This document shows, piece after piece, positions 55,432-64,000 of a stretch of DNA of 64,000 bases. Each line of letters opens with the position of its first letter. The stretch's first letter is position 1. Both the position numbers and the translations under genes were made by a program. The notes beneath the pieces were generated by a model. That model saw nothing but the letters and a program-made list of their open reading frames with translations, had not been told where the DNA came from and made no database searches. The DNA lies in the IMG/VR virus record IMGVR_UViG_3300024503_000015, positions 124,001 through 188,000 of that record; one strand, given 5' to 3'.

Positions 55432-56076
55432 TTAAATTTCGCTGATTAGGTACATTTCGTCCACTCTGCGTATCTTATTGCCCAGGAATAGTCTGCACAT
55501 TCCTAGGGTCTTTTCATTTGCGGCGTAAAAGTAGCCTTCGGAGTGGTATGTACGCTTTAGCAGTTTAATGCTGGGAATCTGCTCTGCCCATGCGTGGAAA
55601 CTTTCGCTAGAATCACGTAGAGGATTTACAGTTACTCTATACTTGTGCGTATACTTTTTAGATATAATACAGTTAGGGTTAGTTAATAGAAACTTCCTAA
55701 CTTTATCGTCTGCAGGTTTAGTTACTTCTTTAACATGTCCTAATAGTTGAACAGCATCTAATAAAGAATCACTGTTGGTGTAAATGCTTAATGTGTCGCT
55801 TTCTACACGCAACAAAAAATCAGTTTCTTTATTAAGTAAATCTACAAGTTTGTTTATGTAGATTACATCACTGACTGTAGCATATTTCTTACGCCAGGAT
55901 CTAAGTTGTACTCTACCATCCGGGACGGCTTCAATTTGATCACTAAGAATCTTGATTGAAGCCATTGCCCGAGCGATAGTTCTGCTACGAAACTCCGAAG
56001 CAAAAACATTTATTACACTAATCTTGTTGACATATTTGTCAAAAAACAATTTAGATGTTTGCTTGTACAGTTTCAT
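55432..56076 (-). CDS. Hypothetical protein (start MKLYKQ)
   Basis: Overlaps the clpA 3' end. Confidence 0.55.
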   Translation of the reverse strand: MKLYKQTSKLFFDKYVNKISVINVFASEFRSRTIARAMASIKILSDQIEAVPDGRVQLRSWRKKYATVSDVIYINKLVDLLNKETDFLLRVESDTLSIYTNSDSLLDAVQLLGHVKEVTKPADDKVRKFLLTNPNCIISKKYTHKYRVTVNPLRDSSESFHAWAEQIPSIKLLKRTYHSEGYFYAANEKTLGMCRLFLGNKIRRVDEMYLISEI

Positions 56077-58291
56077 TCTGTAATTCGAGTTTAATTTCAT
56101 CGTCTTCAACATTGATGTTTACTGCTCCACCCTGTTTCAGACCACCAAACAACATAAGTTTGGATAATGGACGCTTAATATCCTTATCGATTACACGTTG
56201 CAATGGGCGAGCACCCATCTTCTTATCAAAGCCCTTATCTACCAAGTAGTCAATTGCTTCGTTGCTGATTGTAATCTTAATGCCCTTATCCTTGACCTGT
56301 GTTTTTAACTCAACTAAGAACTTGCCAACAATTTTAATCATTGTTTCTTTGCTTAGTTTACCAAATGTAACAACACCATCTAAACGATTGCGGAACTCTG
56401 GAGCGAAGAATTTCTTAAGTTCTTTATCTTCGTAGTCATTATCTTGACTACCAAAACCAATAACGTTCTTTTCAGCATCTTGTGCGCCAAGGTTAGTAGT
56501 CATAATCAAAATAATGTTACGAGCATCTGCTACTTTACCATTAGATCCTGTTACAAAACCATTGTCCATAATCTGTAATAGGATAGTTGCTACATCTGGA
56601 TGTGACTTTTCAATTTCGTCTAACAATAGAACACAATGTGGATTCTCTTGTAGTTTAGTAATCAACAAGCCAGCGTTTTCTTCAAAGCCAACATATCCAG
56701 GAGGGCTACCAATCAACTTAGATACGCTGTGTTTTTCTTGATACTCCGACATGTCAAAGCGAATAAGTGGAACACCTAACTGTTTACTAAGTTGTTTTGC
56801 GGCTTCAGTCTTACCAACACCAGTTGGCCCCATGAATACAAAACTACCCACTGGTTTATTATCAGATTTAAGTCCTGCTTGTGCTACAAGAATCTTATCA
56901 ACGATTTCGTCAATGGCTTCATCTTGCCCATAAACTTCACCTTTAAGGTTCTTTTCAAGGTTAACAAGATTTTCGTTTTCTTTTTCCTTGACTGTGTCTT
57001 CGGGAAGTTTAACCATTTTTGCTAATTCGTATTGAATCTCAGGAACATCGACAATCTTATGTTCTGCGTTCTTAATATTGAAACGACTACAAGCCACATC
57101 AATTAGATCAATTGCTTTATCTGGTAATTTCTTATCTGTCATATATTTTACAGATAATTTAACTGCTGTTTCAATAGCCGCATCTGTAATTTCAGCACCG
57201 TGATGTTTTTCGTAATACTTCTTAATACCTTTAAGAATATCTACTGCTACTTCTGGAGTAGGCTCGTCAACAGTGATGCGTTGGAAACGGCGCATTAACG
57301 CACGATCCTTTTCAAAGTACTTACGATATTCTTCCCAAGTAGTAGATGCAACTACTTTAATGTTGCCTTTGCTTAGAGCAGGCTTCATCATATTAGCCAA
57401 GTCATTGGCATTACCTTGTCCACCTGCGCCTGCGCCACTAATCATGTGTGCTTCATCGATGAACAATACAGTTTTGCCTTTGCCTGTTAGTGCCTTAAGT
57501 ACTAATTTAAAACGTTCTTCAAAGTCACCGCGATATTTACTACCAGCAAGCATAGCACTAATGTCTAAGTTATAGACTGTATATTCTTTTAAGAAGTCAG
57601 GAACAGCACCATTAATAATATTATGTGCTAGGCCTTCTGCGATAGCAGTCTTACCTACACCAGGGTCGCCTACTAACAATACATTATTTTTAGTTCTGCG
57701 ACCGAGCCCTAGCGCAATTTGTTCTAGTTCTTCAGTTCTACCGATAACTGGATCGATTTTATTTTTCTTGACTTGGTCATTGAGGTTAGTAGTAAATGCT
57801 TTCAGTGCTTTTTCACTTTGTGCATCTGTGACCTGTTCTTCTTCGTCTTCATCGATTTCGCTGTTAATAAAATCAGCAAACTTTTCACGATCCACGCCGC
57901 CCTTATTAATATAGAATACAGCGTAACTGCGCTTTTCGCTAAGTGCGCTCATAAACACATCTACAAGCTCAATGCTTTGACGTCCGCTGAAAAGGACTTG
58001 TGTGAATGCACGATTAAGAACACGCTCAACAGTTTGAGTCTTCTTAGGTTTAAATCCTTTGGGAATTGGATCTATTTTAATTTCGTCTAATTGATTTTTA
58101 AGATAGTGTTCGAGATTCTTTTTAATGTAATCCCCGTCACCACCGAAGTTTACAAGAAGTTCGTAGAACTTTTCTTCGCAGAGCATAGCAAAAATAAGAT
58201 GCTCTAGCGTGACATATTCGTGTCCTAATTTTTTACAGTCTGCAACAGCCTTTTCAAAAACTACTTGCAGTTGATCACTTGGTTCTACCAT
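56051..58291 (-). CDS. clpA: ATP-dependent Clp protease ATP-binding subunit ClpA
   Basis: Clp N-domain; GDPGVGKT/FIDEAH; pore loop GSKYRGDFEER; GPTGVGKT/LLDEIEK; GYVG; IGF ClpP-docking loop; no ClpB middle domain. Confidence 0.93.
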   Translation of the reverse strand: MVEPSDQLQVVFEKAVADCKKLGHEYVTLEHLIFAMLCEEKFYELLVNFGGDGDYIKKNLEHYLKNQLDEIKIDPIPKGFKPKKTQTVERVLNRAFTQVLFSGRQSIELVDVFMSALSEKRSYAVFYINKGGVDREKFADFINSEIDEDEEEQVTDAQSEKALKAFTTNLNDQVKKNKIDPVIGRTEELEQIALGLGRRTKNNVLLVGDPGVGKTAIAEGLAHNIINGAVPDFLKEYTVYNLDISAMLAGSKYRGDFEERFKLVLKALTGKGKTVLFIDEAHMISGAGAGGQGNANDLANMMKPALSKGNIKVVASTTWEEYRKYFEKDRALMRRFQRITVDEPTPEVAVDILKGIKKYYEKHHGAEITDAAIETAVKLSVKYMTDKKLPDKAIDLIDVACSRFNIKNAEHKIVDVPEIQYELAKMVKLPEDTVKEKENENLVNLEKNLKGEVYGQDEAIDEIVDKILVAQAGLKSDNKPVGSFVFMGPTGVGKTEAAKQLSKQLGVPLIRFDMSEYQEKHSVSKLIGSPPGYVGFEENAGLLITKLQENPHCVLLLDEIEKSHPDVATILLQIMDNGFVTGSNGKVADARNIILIMTTNLGAQDAEKNVIGFGSQDNDYEDKELKKFFAPEFRNRLDGVVTFGKLSKETMIKIVGKFLVELKTQVKDKGIKITISNEAIDYLVDKGFDKKMGARPLQRVIDKDIKRPLSKLMLFGGLKQGGAVNINVEDDEIKLELQNETVQANI

Positions 58292-58802
58292 TTAATTTCC
58301 TCTGTTTTTTCAGTGCTAAATCTAACTTTAACTTACTTACTCTTTTGGTAAAAGTAATGCCGTCTAAGTGGTCAATTTCATGTTGAATACACTTGGCGTC
58401 ATAACCACTTAATGTAATTGTACATTCTTTTGCTGTCTTGTCAAGATATTTTATTGTAATATTATTAAATCTGTTAATCTTTATGAACAAATTTGGAAAA
58501 CTCAAACAGCCTTCCTCGTCTATACACTCGTCGGATCCGCTGACAATTTCGGGATTAAACATGGCAAATGGTTCTTGCCCACTAGGTTTGACTACAACAA
58601 CTCTGCGATCAAATCCAACTTGATTAGCGGCAATGCCGATGCCACGGCCGCCTAGCATTATCTCGACCATGGCTTGTTCTATTTGGTTAGGATCGATGCC
58701 GCAATTAAAATCAAAGGGCTCTAATTTTGTATAGAGTATTGGGTCTGGATCTGTTCTAAGATAAAAATCTTTAGGTTCTGTAACGGTCTGAAAGTTGCTC
58801 AA
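58275..58802 (-). CDS. def: Peptide deformylase (start uncertain; TTG at 58802 proposed)
   Basis: [22 protein letters not shown]. Confidence 0.93.
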   Translation of the reverse strand: MSNFQTVTEPKDFYLRTDPDPILYTKLEPFDFNCGIDPNQIEQAMVEIMLGGRGIGIAANQVGFDRRVVVVKPSGQEPFAMFNPEIVSGSDECIDEEGCLSFPNLFIKINRFNNITIKYLDKTAKECTITLSGYDAKCIQHEIDHLDGITFTKRVSKLKLDLALKKQRKLNGRTK

Positions 58803-59595
58803 TTTGAATCTTATCTTCCGTGAATAGTATTTTGGGAATTGTAATTTGTACTTGTATAAACAAATTTCCTCTTTGATGATTGTGTGGACCGACTGGAAGT
58901 CCGTAACTATCACACTTAATCATTTGACTAGGTTGTATGCCTGCCGGAACTTTGATTTCTAATTCTTTGTCTTCTAATGTTTTAAAGCGGATTGTTTTTC
59001 CTAACATAGCATCAAACGCAGAAATTTCTACTTCTGCATATAAGTTCCTGCCATCACGTTTGAATCTTGGATGTGGAAGTTCAATAATTTGTGCTATTAC
59101 ATCGCCCCTAGGCATATTAGGAATGCTGTCGTCTCCTAATCCTCTAAAACGAATTGAGTCACCGTTTTGTACACCTGCAGGAATACTTAATTGTAGTGCC
59201 TGTTCTTTTCCACTAGGTAATCTGATACTGCCAGTAACTTCTTTGCCGACAAGTATTTCTTCTAAAGTCATTTCGACACGGATATTGATATTCCTGTTCT
59301 TTCTGGACTGCTGTCTAAAGCCAGCACCAAAGGGATTAGCACCAAACATGGCACCAAACAAATCATTCATGTCGTTCATATTGCCAGTATGAAAACTATA
59401 CTGTGGCATTGGGTTGTCGTATTGAGCTCGTTTTTGGTCATCACTAAGGGTGCGATATGCTTCTTCAATTTGTTGAAATTTAGAAGTATCGCCGCCTCTG
59501 TCAGGATGGTGCTTTGAAGCCAATTTACGATATGCTTTTTTGATATCGTCTTGGCTAGCAGATTTTGAAACTCCTAGTATTGAATAATAATCCAT
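58771..59595 (-). CDS. dnaJ: DnaJ-class co-chaperone without Zn finger (CbpA/type II-like)
   Basis: J-domain with HPD, G/F-rich linker, C-terminal DnaJ domains; no CxxCxGxG. Confidence 0.92.
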   Translation of the reverse strand: MDYYSILGVSKSASQDDIKKAYRKLASKHHPDRGGDTSKFQQIEEAYRTLSDDQKRAQYDNPMPQYSFHTGNMNDMNDLFGAMFGANPFGAGFRQQSRKNRNINIRVEMTLEEILVGKEVTGSIRLPSGKEQALQLSIPAGVQNGDSIRFRGLGDDSIPNMPRGDVIAQIIELPHPRFKRDGRNLYAEVEISAFDAMLGKTIRFKTLEDKELEIKVPAGIQPSQMIKCDSYGLPVGPHNHQRGNLFIQVQITIPKILFTEDKIQIEQLSDRYRT

Positions 59596-59606
59596 AGTGT
59601 ATGATG

Positions 59607-59640
59607 AAAAAAGGTATAGTAGTAATTATACTATACCTTT
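59607..59640 (-). terminator. 12-bp inverted repeat/terminator of the lysis unit, overlapping the -10 box
   Basis: AAAGGTATAGTA-7 nt-TACTATACCTTT followed by T-run on the minus strand. Confidence 0.7.
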
Positions 59641-59653
59641 CTTAGGATGTCAA
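59625..59653 (-). promoter_or_regulatory. Consensus sigma70 promoter of dnaJ-def-clpA
   Basis: TTGACA-17 nt-TATAAT exact. Confidence 0.85.
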
Positions 59654-59657
59654 GAAT

Positions 59658-59870
59658 TTATTTCTTAGTCGCTGTATCTGGCTTAGTACCTTCTACTTTG
59701 GTACCTTCGTGCTTTTTGTGTACTTTGACTGTTTTACAAACTTCTTTTTCCTTACCAGTTTTTGCGTCCTTTTGAGTTACGCAAGCCTTTTTAGTTTTTG
59801 GTGCTTCTTCAGCAGCCATTGTTGGCATTGCAAATGCCGCTGTTAATAATAATGCTAAGAATGTTTTCAT
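59658..59870 (-). CDS. Small secreted Lys-rich protein
   Basis: Signal peptide MKTFLALLLTAAFAMPTMA; Cys pair. Confidence 0.65.
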   Translation of the reverse strand: MKTFLALLLTAAFAMPTMAAEEAPKTKKACVTQKDAKTGKEKEVCKTVKVHKKHEGTKVEGTKPDTATKK

Positions 59871-59882
59871 TTGTCTCTCCTT

Positions 59883-60404
59883 TTAGAGTTCTGGTTGTTC
59901 TGGTTGTACAGGCATTGGTTTGCCACTGCTTGAGAATCCTACTGCTGGCGCTGGAGTTGCCTTAGGTGTGCTTCCAAACCCGCCTCCGCCAAAGCCACTT
60001 GGTGCTGGTGCTGGGCTTGGTGTTGCAGAACCGAAAGTCCCAGGTGCGGCACCAAATCCTGTTGAAGGTGCGCTAGGTGCTGTAAAGCCGCTTGGTGCTG
60101 TGGTTGGTGCTCCGCCATTGTTTGCTCCTGCTAATTTTTCTTGTGTGCGACCCATTGCCGCGATACCTAGAACAGCACCCATTGCGATGTGGAATAATCC
60201 AGCACCTTGTAATGTCAATGGTTGCCATTGTGTAATTTGTGATACGTGCATAATTGCTTGTAACATTGACCATAGGATTGGAAATAGAACGAAGTCAAAT
60301 GCACAAACGCCCATGTATAACCAGCCCATCATTGGACGCCATTTACTGTTCATCCAATCTTCTTTTTTCTTTTCTGAATCACTCATATCTTTATACTCGC
60401 TCAT
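59883..60404 (-). CDS. Holin-like membrane protein (3TM/GTA type)
   Basis: KWRPMMGWLYMGVCAFDF motif, hydrophobic helices, within the lysis cluster. Confidence 0.6.
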   Translation of the reverse strand: MSEYKDMSDSEKKKEDWMNSKWRPMMGWLYMGVCAFDFVLFPILWSMLQAIMHVSQITQWQPLTLQGAGLFHIAMGAVLGIAAMGRTQEKLAGANNGGAPTTAPSGFTAPSAPSTGFGAAPGTFGSATPSPAPAPSGFGGGGFGSTPKATPAPAVGFSSSGKPMPVQPEQPEL

Positions 60405-60422
60405 ATTCGCTCCTTTTAATTT

Positions 60423-60986
60423 TTAGAACCAGAGGAATAAACCGTTTAGGCTTAATACTAGTCCGATACCTGCTACTACAAAACTGCTCCAAAACATTGC
60501 CATACTAACTGCAAGAATACTTGCTGATAGAACAACAATGGCTAACTGATATGCTGTACTAGCATAACCAATCCATGGACTAGATTTTTTAGCGTGTTCA
60601 CGCTCTGCTTCCATCTTACGTGCATTTACAGCAATTTCTTTCTTATCACTGTCCATGCGTTCTGCTTCTGCTTTAAACTCTGCACGTAGTTTAGGATCGC
60701 TAGTAGTCTTACTAGCAATTTCGTAACTAACTAAACGATTGTTTTTCGCTTGATATTGTGCCCAAGCATTGTTAGCACCTAGTGTATTGTTTAAAACTGT
60801 ACTAGACAATTTACCACCGTACCAACTGTTTACTGCTAGGAATAATGCAAATACAGAAATAACCATACCTGCTTTATCTTTAATCTTTGCTTCACGCTCA
60901 CTGCGAGAACCGGGTGCTGGCTTTGGTGCGCTTTCGTCCTTAGGTTCTTTATTGATTAGTTTTAAAATTGAATCATGTAATGCCAC
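60423..60986 (-). CDS. Membrane protein (DUF4337-like)
   Basis: TM, then NAWAQYQAK, coiled coil, two TMs. Confidence 0.55.
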   Translation of the reverse strand: MALHDSILKLINKEPKDESAPKPAPGSRSEREAKIKDKAGMVISVFALFLAVNSWYGGKLSSTVLNNTLGANNAWAQYQAKNNRLVSYEIASKTTSDPKLRAEFKAEAERMDSDKKEIAVNARKMEAEREHAKKSSPWIGYASTAYQLAIVVLSASILAVSMAMFWSSFVVAGIGLVLSLNGLFLWF

Positions 60987-61011
60987 TTCTCGGCTCCTTT
61001 ATAATATACTA

Positions 61012-61272
61012 TTATTTAACACTATCTCTGATTTTTTTCTGCCCGTTGTACCATTCGATCCAATCGTCAACTTTAGCCTTACAGTCGTAGTATTGTTTGT
61101 AGTTATCTGCTACAGTATCTACAATAGTGCTTAATTTGTCGTTTTGTGGATCTACAGTTTTTAAGTCTGGGCAAGCCTCCAGCAATTCTTTAGGAACTTC
61201 AGGAAATGGTGGAATTGTTGTTAAACAACCAGTTAACAATACTGCGGGAATCAATAGGAGTAATCTTTTCAT
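61012..61272 (-). CDS. Outer-membrane spanin-like lipoprotein (o-spanin)
   Basis: LLTG-C lipobox, Pro-rich PPFPEVP, overlaps the i-spanin stop. Confidence 0.7.
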   Translation of the reverse strand: MKRLLLLIPAVLLTGCLTTIPPFPEVPKELLEACPDLKTVDPQNDKLSTIVDTVADNYKQYYDCKAKVDDWIEWYNGQKKIRDSVK

Positions 61273-61730
61273 TTTGCCTCCGGATTCTTAGCGGCTTTGT
61301 TAATTAGATCATTGACTTTAGGATCTAACTTACAATCTGCGTTAATTTGTTTTTCAACTTCTTTAATTTCAGTTTTAACGGTGTTGTAATATTCAACACG
61401 AACTTTTTGTTTTTTCTTTCGTTCGTCTTCTAACTTTTTATTAAGTTCTGTGGACTGGTCGTTCATTTTAGCAACTTGAAGTTCTAGTTCTGCAACTTTA
61501 GCTCTCCAACTTGCTTCTGTGTCGTATCCACCTTTGAAATAAACACCGCCTACTAATAAAGTCACGCTGACTATTTGAATTAATAAGTGATATGGTGCTA
61601 ATGCTGGAAACCAGCGAACAATTCTATGTAATAAAAAGAAACTTAGAACTGTTCCTACAATACCTGCCAGAAGAACTGTATGAATAATCCACAGTAAAAA
61701 ACTATCTGGTACCCACGCAAGTAGCCACAT
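61269..61730 (-). CDS. Inner-membrane spanin-like protein (i-spanin)
   Basis: N-terminal TMs then periplasmic coiled coil with Cys; between endolysin and o-spanin. Confidence 0.65.
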   Translation of the reverse strand: MWLLAWVPDSFLLWIIHTVLLAGIVGTVLSFFLLHRIVRWFPALAPYHLLIQIVSVTLLVGGVYFKGGYDTEASWRAKVAELELQVAKMNDQSTELNKKLEDERKKKQKVRVEYYNTVKTEIKEVEKQINADCKLDPKVNDLINKAAKNPEAK

Positions 61731-61731
61731 A

Positions 61732-62358
61732 TTATGCTCCTAATACGTGTAGTGCGTGATTGTAATGCTTGATACGGTCTTCTAAACCAATTGTTCCGCC
61801 GTTAATGCGTTTTGTTAATGTAAGGATGTCGCCCTTGTCTGCCCATTGGTTTAGGTTATTTGTTTCCCAGAACCAGCAGGCACTTTGTACAGCACCTTCA
61901 AATGTTTCTAGGTATTCTGATGCTTCTTCAACTGGGATTTCAAGGCTAGCGGCAAACCAACTGTAATTGTCTTTTCCGGTAAGTTGGATAAGACCTCTGC
62001 CACAGTAGCGGAAACCATCTCCGGACTCTTCTGGTCCGTTACCCATGCGGTTGCCATAAATTCTGTTAGCGATTTTCTCTGGTTTCTTTTCATATGCTTG
62101 TGCTAATTCATCTGTTGGAAAATACTTAGGAAATACTTTGCGTAAACTTGCGGCTTTGTAATTTAAATTTTCTTTTAAGAATTTGAACCCACCACTTTCA
62201 TGAGCGCATTGTGCTAGGAAAGCCGCTACACGTTCTGGAGTATTAATATCATACTCTGGAAGTATTTCGCATAACGCATGATACCAGTGATCCACATAAG
62301 GATTGCCATGAATAATATCTGCTAAATGCTCTTTCTTAAAATCAAACGTAAAACTCAT
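61732..62358 (-). CDS. Glycoside hydrolase family 19 endolysin
   Basis: AAFLAQCAHESGGF, ENLNY, GRGLIQLTGKDNY, TKRINGG. Confidence 0.92.
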   Translation of the reverse strand: MSFTFDFKKEHLADIIHGNPYVDHWYHALCEILPEYDINTPERVAAFLAQCAHESGGFKFLKENLNYKAASLRKVFPKYFPTDELAQAYEKKPEKIANRIYGNRMGNGPEESGDGFRYCGRGLIQLTGKDNYSWFAASLEIPVEEASEYLETFEGAVQSACWFWETNNLNQWADKGDILTLTKRINGGTIGLEDRIKHYNHALHVLGA

Positions 62359-63101
62359 TATAGTTTCTCCAAAATAACTGCACGGCCTTTGTTTTCAAAC
62401 ATGAACTTGTTGCCCAGTTTGGTAATGTTGTAGTTGCCAATGTACTTGGTTAAAAACATAACTTCGGCCATGTCGTTGTATGAGACAGCAATCCTGTCTT
62501 CGACACTTTCTAATACTTCTCTTGTACCGCCGGAAACTAGATATTTGAACTTTAATGGCTCAGCGTACACCTTTTTAAATTCAATAATGTCGCCGTGCAT
62601 ACGAACACTTTCTAACATACTATTGTTGAAGAACTGTTCGTAACTATTTAGTTCCTGTTCCTGCATACGTTGTTTGTACAACATAGGATTAGTAGGAATA
62701 ATTTCATCTAGTTTTTCTTGATTAGCCTCTAGGCTATCAAAACTCTTATGATATCTAAAAGCAAACTTGTCAATGCCTGCTAGTTTAGAAATACCATATA
62801 ACATATCGCTGATTTGTTCTGTAACTTTACTTGTTCTTTGTAATTCTACAAACACACGATATTTTCCATCTTCTAATTCACCGGGACTCATGTCAGCATC
62901 TAGAACAAAGTCGTAACCTTTTTCTACAAAACTAACTAAGTCTTCTGCCGGACTGCGACTTTCCACAGTAAAACTTAAAACAACGACATCTTCGTCGTCG
63001 CCCATTTTAGATTTATAATTGTCTACTTCGAATACACGATTTACTAGATTAACTAGATCGTTGGCTAGTAAACTTGTTTCATTAAGCGGCTGGTGGGGCA
63101 C
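62358..63101 (-). CDS. Conserved hypothetical protein (GTG start at 63101 after GGAGGAG)
   Basis: Strong SD 6 nt before the GTG; the upstream 33 codons of the ORF call are the antisense-like overlap of an Ala/Pro tail. Confidence 0.6.
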   Translation of the reverse strand: MPHQPLNETSLLANDLVNLVNRVFEVDNYKSKMGDDEDVVVLSFTVESRSPAEDLVSFVEKGYDFVLDADMSPGELEDGKYRVFVELQRTSKVTEQISDMLYGISKLAGIDKFAFRYHKSFDSLEANQEKLDEIIPTNPMLYKQRMQEQELNSYEQFFNNSMLESVRMHGDIIEFKKVYAEPLKFKYLVSGGTREVLESVEDRIAVSYNDMAEVMFLTKYIGNYNITKLGNKFMFENKGRAVILEKL

Positions 63102-63648
63102 TTGCTTCTCCTCCTGGTGCTGGAGCGGCTGCGGCCGCTGGTGGTGCGCCTGCTGTGGCTTCACCTGCTGGTGGAGGTGTAAGCTCTGGCGCCTTTTCAT
63201 TATTTGCTGGCTCTAGTTCGTCCATTAATTGGTTATGATATCCACGGAAAATTTCTAACATTAACTTCTTAGGCATCTGTACTTCTACAATCCAAATTGG
63301 ATGCTCGTCTAGTTTACCAAGTTTTGTACCTGGACGAATGTCGTCAGGTTCTTTAATTTCTCTAGGCTTGACTAATGTATCTTTTTTGTAAATTACTCGA
63401 CAGCCGTATTCCATCAAACGCTTTGCGGCCTGCGGGTTAGGCATTTGTTTGTGAGGCCACATAAAACTAGCACTGACCCAATGACGGTCAACGACAGGTC
63501 CTTTGATAAGTTCTCCATCGCGCCAGTTTTCAAATACATACATATCCAACTCGTCAAATACACGCTCGAAATCCTTAAGGATTGCAAGGCTACTATTGTT
63601 GTTATATATGGTGTTGATGTTTTCTATAATATCTAAAATATCGTGCAT
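63082..63648 (-). CDS. Hypothetical late protein with Ala/Pro-rich tail
   Basis: Follows GATAAATA at 63679-63672. Confidence 0.6.
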   Translation of the reverse strand: MHDILDIIENINTIYNNNSSLAILKDFERVFDELDMYVFENWRDGELIKGPVVDRHWVSASFMWPHKQMPNPQAAKRLMEYGCRVIYKKDTLVKPREIKEPDDIRPGTKLGKLDEHPIWIVEVQMPKKLMLEIFRGYHNQLMDELEPANNEKAPELTPPPAGEATAGAPPAAAAAPAPGGEASAPPAA

Positions 63649-63671
63649 TTTTCAGTCATCCCTCGATGAAG

Positions 63672-63730
63672 TATTTATCTAGACGATTTTGATATAGTAT
63701 CAGTTCTATTTTTCTTCTAGATGTTAAATA
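63672..63730. promoter_or_regulatory. Divergent late-like promoters (GATAAATA minus, GTTAAATA plus)
   Basis: Located at the strand switch. Confidence 0.5.
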
Positions 63731-63806
63731 TTTTTGTAGGACCTCTCAGTTGTCCTACAAGAAGTGTGACAATATGACGTCCTACGCCTCAAAAGGAGAG
63801 CAGTTA

Positions 63807-64000
63807 ATGACGACAAAAAGAGCCAAAAAACGTTTTGCCAACGAGGGCTATAATAATCCTCGAGCAAATGTTATTGAGTTTCAACCATTTCAACACACAC
63901 TTCCTCAAAGTCTTCCACAGAAGAAAAAGAGCGTACACGTAATTCCGCGCAACCGTAATCAGGAAGAATATCTATTTAAACTATTAGACCCATCAAAAAA
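63807..64000 (+). CDS. phoH: PhoH-like ATPase, N-terminal part (truncated)
   Basis: AGGAG RBS; translation ...VHVIPRNRNQEEYLFKLLDPSK matches the PhoH segment preceding Walker A, which lies outside the window. Confidence 0.6.
   Translation, partial: MTTKRAKKRFANEGYNNPRANVIEFQPFQHTLPQSLPQKKKSVHVIPRNRNQEEYLFKLLDPSK

Noticed and set aside
59920-60426. 168 aa plus-strand Gly/Pro/Ala ORF
   Set aside because: Mirror of the low-complexity tail of the holin-like gene.
63101-63200. N-terminal Gln/His-rich extension of the 280 aa ORF call
   Set aside because: It overlaps the Ala/Pro tail of the upstream gene; a GGAGGAG-6 nt-GTG start at 63101 is more plausible.
1-64000. Alternative genetic code (stop-codon reassignment)
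   Set aside because: Very long ORFs, including 4160 aa, are intact in code 11 and genes tile without gaps.
1-64000. CRISPR array, integrase or transposase
   Set aside because: No regularly spaced direct repeats or recombinase/transposase motifs seen.

Overview
The window is a 64 kb segment of a large, AT-rich, lytic, T4-related/jumbo-type tailed phage genome, read in standard code 11, probably infecting a Gram-negative host (spanins, lipoproteins, sigma70 promoters). Plus strand 1-19365 carries a virion structural block: a >4188 aa baseplate/tail protein cut at the window edge, a 204 aa protein and three paralogous tail-fibre genes. Almost everything else lies on the minus strand. In order: thyA/DHFR; a MoxR AAA + VWA pair; RNase H; an extended 7-deazaguanine gene neighbourhood (QueE, FolE, an LxxxHRHxF T-fold protein, a TGT/DpdA-like transglycosylase, a glycosyltransferase, two sugar-type oxidoreductases, PRTase, HIT, cupin, 2OG-Fe oxygenase; no QueC in the window); sliding clamp and family-B DNA polymerase; a late cluster of probable capsid-internal, Glu-processed proteins (including three different nucleotidyltransferase folds); a dnaJ-def-clpA proteostasis operon; and a lysis cassette. 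A partial phoH lies on the plus strand at the right edge. Best leads: (1) a possibly new sugar-decorated 7-deazaguanine DNA modification pathway; (2) a set of enzymes apparently packaged in the capsid as Glu-cleaved polyproteins; (3) twin stem-loops with near-identical loops at the DNA polymerase ribosome-binding site; (4) a pseudoknotted RNA candidate preceded by two unannotated micro-ORFs downstream of dps. All family assignments come from motifs read by eye; no database search was run.
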